The position numbers were made by a program, and so were the translations under genes. A model generated the notes under the pieces. It ran no database searches. It worked only from the letters and a program-made list of their open reading frames with translations, and had not been told where the DNA came from. A stretch of 64,000 bases of DNA from an uncultured delta proteobacterium. GTDB taxonomy: Bacteria; Myxococcota_A; UBA9160; SZUA-336. Shown here piece by piece: positions 55,650-63,880 of this stretch (the stretch's first letter is position 1; every line of letters begins with the position of its first letter). The stretch covers positions 1-64,000 of the forward strand of contig CAVPHD010000002.1 of NCBI GenBank assembly GCA_963704165.1, given 5' to 3'.

Positions 55650-56750
55650 CTACGCCTCCAGGCTCCGCACGAACGTTTCGATCGGGCTGTGCTCGCTGGC
55701 GAGCCCGGCCGCTCGGCGTCTCGAAGCGTGCTCGTTCGCGAAGTCGCGGTAGAGCGCGATCACGCGCGGCACGGCCGCAGCCGCCCCAGCGCGATTTCCG
55801 GCGGTGATCAACGCCAGGCTCGAGATGAAGATCGGCGCGCCGAGCAGGGCGACGGCGGAGTTCTCCACCTCGTCGAGGTGGTTGGCGATGGCGGTCGCCT
55901 CGTGCGGTCGCGTCGAGATCAGGTAGCGCATGTGCCCGATTCCGTAGGCGAGCGAGCGCGACACGTCCTGGACGCCGAAGCGCGCGATCGTCTCGTCCGC
56001 CGCGTTCGTCGAGACGGCTCCGACATGGCGCAGCAGCGACTGCATCAGGCCGCAGAGCAGCAGATACCCGGACGCAGAGGCGCAAGGGTAGGTGCTCGCG
56101 TCGAAGACCGCCTTCAGCAACTCGCCGAGCGGAGCATGGTCGCGGCCGAGCCCGGTTCCGCCCGCGATGGCGCGCTTGCGGAAGACGTCCGCGAGCTGGG
56201 CCGCGTCGAACATCTGCGTGCACTGCCACATCTTGAGCTCCACCAGCTCCTGGTTGATGCGCCAGACCCACTTCGAAGGAATGTCGCCCAGGATCGTGGC
56301 CATGCCGGTGAGGTCGGTGTAGAGCTGCGCCAATGCCCGCTCGAAGTCGGGCGAGTGATCGAGCTTCTCGACGGCGTCCCAGGGGACCTGTCGCGACGGG
56401 ATCCAGTGGCGGGCCTTGGACTCCTCGTAGAGCTCGGGCGCATTTTCGGACCAGACCTCGCTCTTGCGATTGATGTCGTAGCCCAGGTGCGGAAGGCCCG
56501 GGGGCTGGACCGCACCGCGCGGTGCCATCGAGTAGTTGTGGCGGATCTTCTCGGGAATCTGATCCCACGAGTACCGGCCGACGTTCGTGTCGCCGAAGGT
56601 CAGCCCGCGCCGCGCGTGACTCGGCCGACAGTTCGCGTCCTCGCGGCCGGACGTCATCCAGTCGAGCGTCAGCTTGCCCTTCAGGATCTCGACCGAGCGC
56701 GCCAGGATCTCCGGGTTGTTGAAGAAGTCGTCTCTCGCGTAGTAGCCCAT
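55650..56750 (-). CDS. Ferritin-like paralog lacking the metal ligands (putative structural subunit)
   Basis: Colinear with 56770-57894 (RRGLT, APRGA, INRKSEVW, VPW, VFRKRA), but DEARH is replaced by DAAQL and DVSRS. Confidence 0.8.
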   Translation of the reverse strand: MGYYARDDFFNNPEILARSVEILKGKLTLDWMTSGREDANCRPSHARRGLTFGDTNVGRYSWDQIPEKIRHNYSMAPRGAVQPPGLPHLGYDINRKSEVWSENAPELYEESKARHWIPSRQVPWDAVEKLDHSPDFERALAQLYTDLTGMATILGDIPSKWVWRINQELVELKMWQCTQMFDAAQLADVFRKRAIAGGTGLGRDHAPLGELLKAVFDASTYPCASASGYLLLCGLMQSLLRHVGAVSTNAADETIARFGVQDVSRSLAYGIGHMRYLISTRPHEATAIANHLDEVENSAVALLGAPIFISSLALITAGNRAGAAAAVPRVIALYRDFANEHASRRRAAGLASEHSPIETFVRSLEA

Positions 56751-56769
56751 TTCGCTTCCTTTCCTCGGC

Positions 56770-57894
56770 TCAGGCCATGATTCCGGCGATCATCCGCTTC
56801 TGCAGCTCGAGCAACGGGCTGCGGGTGCGGCGCTCCGGCAGGCCGGCGCGCTCCGCACGGTGGAAGTACTCCTCGATCTGCTTGCCCTGGAAGGCGCCGA
56901 CCGTCTCGATGCCCTTGCGGATGCACTCCGGCGTGGTGCCCTTGCCGCCGAGCACGATCATCGACTCGAGCTGGTCGGGATTGAACAGACCCGAGAGGTG
57001 CCGCTCGGCCTCGTCGAGGAAGCCGTTGATCTGCGGGCGGACCTCCGGGCAGTTGTCCATCAGGTACTTCAGGTGCTGCAGCCCGTACGAGACGTGCCGT
57101 GCCTCGTCCTGCATCACGAGCTGGAACATCCGCTGCTCGACCGGGGTCGGCGAGATGTACTCGCTCGAGCGGAAGAGTGTCAGGATGAATCCCTCGCCGA
57201 GAACGTGCAGGAAGACGCTGCCCTCGCTGTAGCTGTCGGCCTCGAGGATGCCCTTGAGCGCGTGCTCGCCGCGCACGCTCGCGCGGAACAGACCCGCGCC
57301 CGCGAGCGCCCGCTTGCGGAACACTTCCGCGTGTCGCGCTTCGTCGATCGCCTGCGTGGCGATGAAGCCCTTCACGTCCTGGAAGTAGCTGTTCATGTGG
57401 TGGCTCCACTTCGCCGGCAGGTCGGTCGCGATCATCTCGACCTCGGAGAGCAGAGTGCAGAGCTGACAGAACGCGACCTCGATGTCCTCGGGGATCTCGT
57501 ACTTGTCCATGTCGCTCCAGGGAACGTCGGTCGTCGCGTTCCACTGCCGGCTCATGGCCTCTTCCCAGTAGCTCTGGACGCGGTACGCCCAGACGTCGGA
57601 CTTCTTGTTCAGCGACGGACCGAGGTCCGGCTGATCGGTGCCCTCGGCGAGGATCGCGCCGCGCGGAGCGACGCCGCGATTCTCGCGAACCACGCCGGGC
57701 GTGTTCTCGATCGAGTAGGGGCCGACCTCGCAGTCCTCGAGCGTGAGACCGCGCCGCGGGTCGGCGCGCCGGACCTTCACTTCTTCGCGCGCCCGGTCGA
57801 GCCAACCGAAGTCGAGGTTGCCCTTCTTGATGTCGCGAACGCGGAGATTGAAGTCGGAGTTGTACGAGAAATCATTCGTTCCGTAGTAGCTCAT
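56770..57894 (-). CDS. Ferritin-like carboxylate-diiron protein (putative catalytic subunit)
   Basis: E-x31-ExxH (SEVEM...IDEARH) and E-x29-ExxH (GEGF...QDEARH); QWNATTDVPW. Confidence 0.85.
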   Translation of the reverse strand: MSYYGTNDFSYNSDFNLRVRDIKKGNLDFGWLDRAREEVKVRRADPRRGLTLEDCEVGPYSIENTPGVVRENRGVAPRGAILAEGTDQPDLGPSLNKKSDVWAYRVQSYWEEAMSRQWNATTDVPWSDMDKYEIPEDIEVAFCQLCTLLSEVEMIATDLPAKWSHHMNSYFQDVKGFIATQAIDEARHAEVFRKRALAGAGLFRASVRGEHALKGILEADSYSEGSVFLHVLGEGFILTLFRSSEYISPTPVEQRMFQLVMQDEARHVSYGLQHLKYLMDNCPEVRPQINGFLDEAERHLSGLFNPDQLESMIVLGGKGTTPECIRKGIETVGAFQGKQIEEYFHRAERAGLPERRTRSPLLELQKRMIAGIMA

Positions 57895-57930
57895 GATCGT
57901 CCTCCCGTGCGGGCCTTGCAGGCCTGCTGG

Positions 57931-58371
57931 CTAAGCCCACTCGATCTTGAGATCGGCCGCCTGGTTCACGAATGCCTGGATCGTCGCCATGAAGCGATAG
58001 AACTTGTCGTGCCCCTCCGGATCGTCGTAGACGACCTTCATGCGGTCGCCGACGTGGGAGAGGCTGTTCAGCGTGTGGGACGGCGTCGGCAGTCCGCCGC
58101 CCTTCTGGATCACCTCGAACATCTCCTTCCAGAGCGCGAGCGGAGCGTCGAGCGTGAAGTCGAAGCCGGCGCCGCTGGCGCTCGAGACCTCGCGAACGTC
58201 GGAGCACTCGAAGACGTCGAACTTCAGCGAGTACAAGTGCGGGCTCGTGCCGCTCACCTTCACGCCCATCACCGTGTCACAGAAGCCGAGCTTCTCGAAC
58301 TCGCCCGGATTCGCCTTCATGCGACGCGCCAGCTCCTGGAAGAAGTCCACCGAAGGAAATTTGACCGCCAT
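57931..58371 (-). CDS. SCP2 sterol-carrier-like small protein
   Basis: 146 aa; MAVKFPSVDFFQELARRM, YSLKFDVFEC, FDFTLDAPLALWKEM pattern; AGGAG SD. Confidence 0.6.
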   Translation of the reverse strand: MAVKFPSVDFFQELARRMKANPGEFEKLGFCDTVMGVKVSGTSPHLYSLKFDVFECSDVREVSSASGAGFDFTLDAPLALWKEMFEVIQKGGGLPTPSHTLNSLSHVGDRMKVVYDDPEGHDKFYRFMATIQAFVNQAADLKIEWA

Positions 58372-58406
58372 TGCTTGCTCTCCTCGCTCCGTTTGGTCTT
58401 GATCGT

Positions 58407-59087
58407 CTACGACACGGTCGCGGGCCAGGCCTCGACGCCGAGGTAGCCCAGAAACGCGCGTGTCAGCTCTGCACCCAGCTTCTCGTCCGAGGCGGGAATC
58501 CCGTGGACCCCGCCGTCGCCGAAGAGAATCGCTTGCTCGAGAGTCGCGAGCACGAATCGAAGCCCGAACGCCACGGCCGTCGCCGGATCGGGGTGCCGGA
58601 TCCCCTCGGCCCGTGGCAGCAGAAGCACGCACAGGCGGTCGCTCACGTGAGCCGCCAGGCGTTCCTTGCGCTCGATCATCGACGGCTCGCGCCGCGTGTG
58701 CACCAGAAGTTCGCGCAGCACGCCGCCGCCCGCGCGATAGACCTGCACCAGGAAGTCGACCAGCTCACCGACGATCTCGTCGATGCCAGCGCCGTCCCAG
58801 CGATCGGGATCGAGCGTGACGTCCGTCGTCAGGTGCGCCTCCTCGACGAAGCGATCCTGAAGGCAGTGCAGCACACCCAGCTTGTCGTGGAAGCGCGAGT
58901 AGACCGCGCCGACCGAGAATCCCGCCCGGGCCGCGATGTCCGCGACCGTGACGTCGTCGAAGCCCTTGTTCGCGATCAACGCCTCGGCGCTGTCGAGCAG
59001 GCGTTCGAGCGTCTGTTGGCTGCGCGCCTGGCGCACGGGCTGAATCCAGTTGAAACGGGAGTTCGCGCGCGTATCGGCCAGGTACAT
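58407..59087 (-). CDS. TetR-family regulator
   Basis: RQARSQQTLERLLDSAEAL, TVADIAARAGFSVGAVYSRFHDK. Confidence 0.9.
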   Translation of the reverse strand: MYLADTRANSRFNWIQPVRQARSQQTLERLLDSAEALIANKGFDDVTVADIAARAGFSVGAVYSRFHDKLGVLHCLQDRFVEEAHLTTDVTLDPDRWDGAGIDEIVGELVDFLVQVYRAGGGVLRELLVHTRREPSMIERKERLAAHVSDRLCVLLLPRAEGIRHPDPATAVAFGLRFVLATLEQAILFGDGGVHGIPASDEKLGAELTRAFLGYLGVEAWPATVS

Positions 59088-59109
59088 ACGGGGGATTCCT
59101 GCAGAATTG

Positions 59110-59143
59110 CCAAAACGATAATCGGTATTCAGTTTTTGGTCAA
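59110..59143 (-). promoter_or_regulatory. Sigma70-type promoter with overlapping imperfect inverted repeat upstream of TetR
   Basis: Minus strand TTGACC-17 nt-TATCGT (59143-59115); CCAAAA...TTTTGG arms; AT-rich island in high-GC DNA. Confidence 0.7.
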
Positions 59144-59199
59144 ACGCGCTCGTCGCCCGCGGATCGCGCTCTTGGGTGAGCGCGCGACCGGAGGCGTCG

Positions 59200-59360
59200 A
59201 GAGGCACATCGGACGGTCGCTTCGCCTGCACCGAAGAACGGTACGGAACGCCGGTTGCCGGATCTCCGAGCCCTGGATCACCCAACGACTTCGAGAGGAG
59301 CCATGCGCTACGAGGAGTTCCCGCTAGCGCGGAGGTGTCCACGTAAGCGGGGCAACTCCA
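59200..59360 (+). mobile_element. Decayed IS3-family right end
   Basis: FACTEERY...GSPNDFERSH resembles the eroded OrfB end (F.YIE.WYN...SP..FE); terminal GTGTCCACGTAAGCGGGGCAACTCCA ends in CA like IS3 right IRs. Confidence 0.6.
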
Positions 59361-59376
59361 TTCAGACCCAAGCGGG

Positions 59377-59796
59377 TCAGTTGGGAACGAACTCGAGCTG
59401 ACGTCGGAACTCGAGATCCGTCAGTCCGTACTCTTCGAGGAGGCATTGCTCGATTCTCCGCTTGACCTCACGGGTGAACTCGGTTTCTCGCCTGTTCGAG
59501 TAGTCTCGCAGTGTGATCGAAATTGGATCGTCGGACACGGCAACGCCCACAGCGGCCTGATCCCCCTCTATCCGCACACCGTCCATTGGTAGGCTCTCCG
59601 GGTACTTTCCAAAGTCGCCGGCCTCCTTCCGCCGGAACCCAAGGTCCCGAGTCGCGTCGAGAACGCACGCATTGACTGCGTGCACGGTGATCGGGTGATC
59701 GCCGCGAATCCAGTAGATTCCCGTGTACGTTTGGTAGCAGGCAACGCTGAAGGCGGTCGCCGCAACCGTCAAGGCTCGTGATGCGAGCGGTGGCAT
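59377..59796 (-). CDS. Orphan putative lipoprotein, lower GC
   Basis: MPPLASRALTVAATAFSVAC lipobox-like; 139 aa; more A/T-ending codons than neighbours. Confidence 0.55.
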   Translation of the reverse strand: MPPLASRALTVAATAFSVACYQTYTGIYWIRGDHPITVHAVNACVLDATRDLGFRRKEAGDFGKYPESLPMDGVRIEGDQAAVGVAVSDDPISITLRDYSNRRETEFTREVKRRIEQCLLEEYGLTDLEFRRQLEFVPN

Positions 59797-59807
59797 CCTA
59801 GCCACTG

Positions 59808-59961
59808 ACACCCCGTGCCGAGAAGGAACAATCGCGATCCGGCCAGAACGTATGCCGGCCCGGCGGGAAGGCTTGTAGGGTTCGACTCGATCCAGGCCCA
59901 GTGTTCCAGACGATAGGAAGGATGAGAGCGATTCTACCCGCGGAGTTCCGGCAAGGGGTGT
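59808..59961. repeat. About 154-bp element bounded by imperfect inverted repeats (MITE or structured RNA)
   Basis: ACACCCCGTGCCG and CGGCAAGGGGTGT pair at 12/13 positions; inner GAAC/GTTC and AATCGC/GCGATT pairs. Confidence 0.45.
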
Positions 59962-60021
59962 TCTGCAGCCGCCCCCCTCGTCGGTGAAAGGAGGCGCCCC
60001 GGGAGCAAGCAACTCCACACG

Positions 60022-60249
60022 TCACTGTGTCAGGTCGAACGCAGCCGCGATGACCTGCTGCATTTCGTCGGACGATCCTGTCGCGACCTCTTGCGCGTGA
60101 ACACTCTGGTCGAGCGCAGTCGCCGCTTCGCAGCGCCCGCGGCAGGCCAGCGCACCTCCGAGGTCGGCCGCGCACTCGCGTCGCGCGCCGCGCAAGCTCG
60201 CGCGGCAGATGCCCACCGACGTGCGGCCTTCGTGCGCAAAACACTCCAT
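60022..60249 (-). pseudogene. Degenerate B-box-like Zn-finger fragment
   Basis: MECFAH...GICRASLRGARRECAADLGGALACRGRCE resembles CxxH..CxxC...CxxC proteins with two Cys lost. Confidence 0.4.
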
Positions 60250-60326
60250 GTCCGGCGGCTTCGGCCGCGGCGCGGCTTGAAACCTGCCTACACCGAATCT
60301 TGTCGCTGGATGTCTCTGTCGCGCAG

Positions 60327-60575
60327 CTAGCCCGGAGCGCGCTTGACGAAGCGCAAGAGCCAGATCAGCACGACCGCGCCGACGGTCGCCGTGATCAAGC
60401 GGCCGAGCAGTCCGCCCGCGTGGAGGCCGACCGCGCCGAACAGAAAGCCCCCGAGCAGCGCGCCGATCACGCCAACGATCAGGTCACCGACCAGGCCGAA
60501 GCCCCCGCCCTTCATGATCTGACCGGCCAGCCAGCCGGCCGCGAGTCCGATCAGGAGAAACCAGAGCAGCGACAT
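60327..60575 (-). CDS. GlsB/YeaQ/YmgE-family stress membrane protein
   Basis: LLIGLAAGWLAGQIMKGGGFGLVGDLIVGVIGALLGG...ATVGAVVL. Confidence 0.92.
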   Translation of the reverse strand: MSLLWFLLIGLAAGWLAGQIMKGGGFGLVGDLIVGVIGALLGGFLFGAVGLHAGGLLGRLITATVGAVVLIWLLRFVKRAPG

Positions 60576-60608
60576 GCGCTCTCCATTCCCTCCGCGCGCT
60601 CGCTAGCG

Positions 60609-60845
60609 CTAGTTCACGGTCTCGGAGGCTTTTTCCGCGGCCTTCTTCGCCGCTTCCTCGGCCTTCTTGGCCGCGTCCTGCGCGCCGGCCGAGACATCCT
60701 CGATGGCGTCTTGCACGCCCTCCGCGGGGCGTCGGTCGAGCGCATCGTTCACCGCGTCCGCGGCTTTGTCGGCGGCGCTCTGCTCCTGACACGCCGTGAA
60801 CGCGAGAACGGCCGATCCGAGCACCAGCATCTTTGCGATCTTCAT
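60609..60845 (-). CDS. Small Ala/Lys-rich lipoprotein
   Basis: GGAGGT SD; MKIAKMLVLGSAVLAFTAC lipobox; AAKKAEEAAKKAAEK. Confidence 0.8.
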   Translation of the reverse strand: MKIAKMLVLGSAVLAFTACQEQSAADKAADAVNDALDRRPAEGVQDAIEDVSAGAQDAAKKAEEAAKKAAEKASETVN

Positions 60846-61162
60846 GACTCTACCTCCGGCTCGACCGTAGCACGGGTGGTCGGATCTACACCGTGATCTG
60901 TCGCGGCGGTTTTCATTCGATCCATCGCCGGATGCCCGGCAGCGGGCGAGCGCACACTGCTCGTGAGCAGAACCGACCCCGAGAAGGCGAGCTCGCGGAC
61001 GGCGGCGGCAGGAAAGTGCTCGAGCGCCTGCGCGGCGGCGAGCGGTTGTGCGTTCGAGTCGACCCGGGGGCGGATCAAACCCGGGGCGGTTCACTGTTCC
61101 GGCCTGATCAGCCGCGGGGGCTCCGGGCGCGTACAATTCTGGTTCTGCCAAGCGAGGTCATC

Positions 61163-61990
61163 ATGGCGAAGATTTCCTGGGTGTCGTCGCTCTCACTTCT
61201 CGTTCTCGTATTGCCAACCGCCGCTGTCGCCGGGCCGGATCATGTCGATCTGTTCCAGTACGACGCAACAACTTCGACTGTGCTGCCGAACGGTCCGCGC
61301 GCGCGAATGACGCTTCTACCAAGGTCCGGACATTTCGTGCTCCATGCGCGCGGGCTGCCTCGCGGGATGGAGTTCACGCTGATTCAATACGTCAATCCGT
61401 GGCCCGAACGTGGCATGGAGTGCCTCGGATCCGCATCTGCAACGACTCGAGGAGACCTTCGCATTCGAGGCTGGTTCGGATCCGCGTCGAGGACGGACGC
61501 ACTGGACGAAACCGCTGCGTCAAACGAGCCCGCGCTGTGGCTCGTTCCGTCTTCCGACGTGGATTGTGAACTCGGGAGATCGGAGGCGTGTATCCAGGGG
61601 GAATGTACTCCCTGGCGCGCGTGGAATCCGGAATTGTCGCTGACGAGTTTCATCGGAGTCGATCCCGGACCGTCCGACCGTCTCACAGAACGGTCGTTTG
61701 GATTTTCACGGAGGCCGGCCGGAATCAATCTGGAACTTCTCCGGAGATACATCGATTTCCTGAAACCAGAGACCGACGACGACGGTGAGTGCCTGGCCGA
61801 TGTCGTCATCCACAGCAAGTGTATGGCGCTGGTGCAAGTGATGAACATCCAGGCAGCCATGTGTGCCACGCAGTGCAAAGTTGTCGCATCGGCGGGCACT
61901 GGCGGGGATGGATCGGCGTGCATCGGAAGCTGCGCACAACCGCAAGATCCGAATCTGGTCTGCGGAGATGCGCCGGATTGCCAGCCGTAG
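61163..61990 (+). CDS. Secreted Cys-rich orphan protein, lower GC
   Basis: GAGGT SD; signal peptide MAKISWVSSLSLLVLVLPTAAVA; 12 Cys, 8 of them in the last ~75 aa. Confidence 0.65.
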   Translation: MAKISWVSSLSLLVLVLPTAAVAGPDHVDLFQYDATTSTVLPNGPRARMTLLPRSGHFVLHARGLPRGMEFTLIQYVNPWPERGMECLGSASATTRGDLRIRGWFGSASRTDALDETAASNEPALWLVPSSDVDCELGRSEACIQGECTPWRAWNPELSLTSFIGVDPGPSDRLTERSFGFSRRPAGINLELLRRYIDFLKPETDDDGECLADVVIHSKCMALVQVMNIQAAMCATQCKVVASAGTGGDGSACIGSCAQPQDPNLVCGDAPDCQP

Positions 61991-61994
61991 CGTC

Positions 61995-62255
61995 GACCTC
62001 TCCCGGGATCGCAGCAGGTGTGATCGCAGGCACGACTGGTGTCGCGCGGCTCGCGAGTCAGAGCGAGCCGAGGATCGCGGCGATGATCTCGGGCTGCTCG
62101 ATCGCGGCGATCACGCCCATGCGACCTCGGCAGGACGGACACTCGAGCACGTCGCGTGCGAAGTCGCGCTGCATGAGCGCGGACCACGAGAGCCGGCGCG
62201 CCCGCTGCGGCGCGGGTACGGGCGAGTCGGCGGTGGGGACGAACGGTTCGGCATC
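61995..62255 (-). mobile_element. IS91/ISCR-like (Y2) transposase C-terminal remnant
   Basis: RLSWSALMQRDFARDVLECPSCRGRMGVIAAIEQPEIIAAILGSL*LASRATP matches the W..L..R.F..DVL.CP.CGG.M..IA.I terminus; internal stop at 62058-62060. Confidence 0.75.
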
Positions 62256-62398
62256 ACGCGCTCCACAGGCGTGCGAGGAGTTCCTCGATCGGATCGATGA
62301 GCGAGCTGACGTGCGCGCGGTCGCGTCGTTCGGGTTGTCTGCGCGGTCGCTCCACGTTCCGCGATCGCAACGTGTTTGGGCTGGGGCCCGTAGGTCGC

Positions 62399-63022
62399 TC
62401 AGAAGGTGGCGCCGCGCTTCTCGCACTCTTCGCGGAAGCCCGCGAGGTAGTCGGCGCGAGCCTTCGCGGTGGGCTGCGTAGTCTGCCACGCGACGACGTC
62501 GCGAATGTCGCGAAGCCCGATCGAGCCGAGCACGAACCGCAGATAGGGCAGCTGGAAGTCTCCGTAGTCACCCGGCGGTGTCGAGGAGCGGGTCAGCAGC
62601 AGCTGAACCGGCCGATTCCGCAACAGACCCACGTGCATCATCTTCTCGAAGTCGTACCCGAACGTGAGGATGGGCTGCACGATGATGTCGAGGTAGTGCT
62701 TGAGCGCCCACGGCACCGAGTAGTTCCACATCGGGCTCGACAGGACGATCTTGTCACTCGCATCGAAGCGCGTGATCTGCGCCTTGACTGCATCCCAGAC
62801 TTCGACCTGCGCCGCGTTCACCTCTTCCCGGAAGATCGGCGCGAACTTGGCGTGCGCCGCGTCGGTGGCGAAGCGCGGCAGGTCGGCATCGAAGACGTTC
62901 AGGGTCTCGATCGTGTCGTCGGGGTTCGCTTTCCGGTAGGTGTCGAGGAACCACGAGGCCAGCTGCGACGAGCTGGAGCGGTTGCCTCGGGGGCTGGCCT
63001 CGATGTGGAGGATCTTGCTCAT
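62399..63022 (-). CDS. azoR: FMN-dependent NADH-azoreductase (AzoR/AcpD family)
   Basis: KILHIEASPRGNRSSS, SPMWNYSVPWALKHYLD, TFGY, DFQLPYLRFVLGSIG. Confidence 0.85.
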   Translation of the reverse strand: MSKILHIEASPRGNRSSSSQLASWFLDTYRKANPDDTIETLNVFDADLPRFATDAAHAKFAPIFREEVNAAQVEVWDAVKAQITRFDASDKIVLSSPMWNYSVPWALKHYLDIIVQPILTFGYDFEKMMHVGLLRNRPVQLLLTRSSTPPGDYGDFQLPYLRFVLGSIGLRDIRDVVAWQTTQPTAKARADYLAGFREECEKRGATF

Positions 63023-63056
63023 CGCTGGATGTCCTTCGGGCTCGGGTGGTCGTCTC

Positions 63057-63878
63057 TCAGATGTTCGCGAGACAGAAGTCGTGCACCAGCTTCGAGAATG
63101 TCTCGGTCTCGAAGAGCATCAGCTGGTGTCCGGCCCCCGGGACGATCTCGATCTGCACCGGCCCCCCGATGCTCTTGGCCACCGCCTCGATCAGGGCGGG
63201 CGTCGCATGCGGGTCCTTCTCGCCCGACGCGTAGAGCACCGGCTTCCGGTTCTCGCTCGGGGGCTGCGGCGGGTCGTACTGGAACAACGAGGCCCAGGAA
63301 GCCAGGTCGTAGCTCCAGGTGTTGTAGGGGTCGAGCTTCTTCTGCTCTTGCGCGCCGGCATAGCCGTAGTCGACGTCGAAGTTGAAGAACGTGCCGATGT
63401 CGAGCCGCGCGCCGCGGCCGAGCTGCTCGAGCACCTTGGCGACATCCGGGCTTCGCCAAGCGGCCCCGGCTCCCGCAACCAGCGGGCTCCCCGGCACCGC
63501 GAGTGACCCCATGCAGATGGCACCGGTCACGGCGGGCGAGTCGATCGCAGAGATCGCCGCAGCGACGCCGAGGCTCGAGCCGAGCGTGAAGACCGGCAAG
63601 CCCGTCCGCGCCCTCACGTGCGCGGCCCAGTCGCGGCTCGCCTGCGCCCACGCGTCCATCGTCCAGGTTCCGCGGGGCCTGTTCGTGGTCGAGCGACCGT
63701 GGCCGGGCGCGTCGTAGCACCAGATATCGACGCCCTTGGCCGAGTGGTGCTCGCAGAACACATCGTAGATGCCGGCGTGGCCACCGAGTCCGTGCGAGAT
63801 GACGAGTGCGTACTTCGCGTCGGGTCCCTGGAATCGGAAGGCGTGGAGCTCGTTCAAGACGTGGGCTTCGGTCCGCAT
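63057..63878 (-). CDS. Alpha/beta hydrolase (lysophospholipase-like)
   Basis: HGLGGH, DAPGHGRS, GSSLG nucleophile elbow, GEKD, GAGH. Confidence 0.9.
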   Translation of the reverse strand: MRTEAHVLNELHAFRFQGPDAKYALVISHGLGGHAGIYDVFCEHHSAKGVDIWCYDAPGHGRSTTNRPRGTWTMDAWAQASRDWAAHVRARTGLPVFTLGSSLGVAAAISAIDSPAVTGAICMGSLAVPGSPLVAGAGAAWRSPDVAKVLEQLGRGARLDIGTFFNFDVDYGYAGAQEQKKLDPYNTWSYDLASWASLFQYDPPQPPSENRKPVLYASGEKDPHATPALIEAVAKSIGGPVQIEIVPGAGHQLMLFETETFSKLVHDFCLANI

Positions 63879-63880
63879 TT

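Noticed and set aside
55650..57894. Diiron pair as ribonucleotide reductase R2, methane monooxygenase or PaaA/C
   Set aside because: No R1, reductase, coupling protein or paa genes nearby, and I recognise no family-specific motifs; only the fold-level ligand pattern is supported
59280..59387. Integron attC-like site (CCCAAC...GTTGGGT on the minus strand) after the orphan lipoprotein
   Set aside because: L boxes are not complementary, there is no integrase or second site, and the interior is better explained as an IS3 end
59878..59888. tRNA T-loop-like GGGTTCGACTC
   Set aside because: No T-stem pairing or cloverleaf around it
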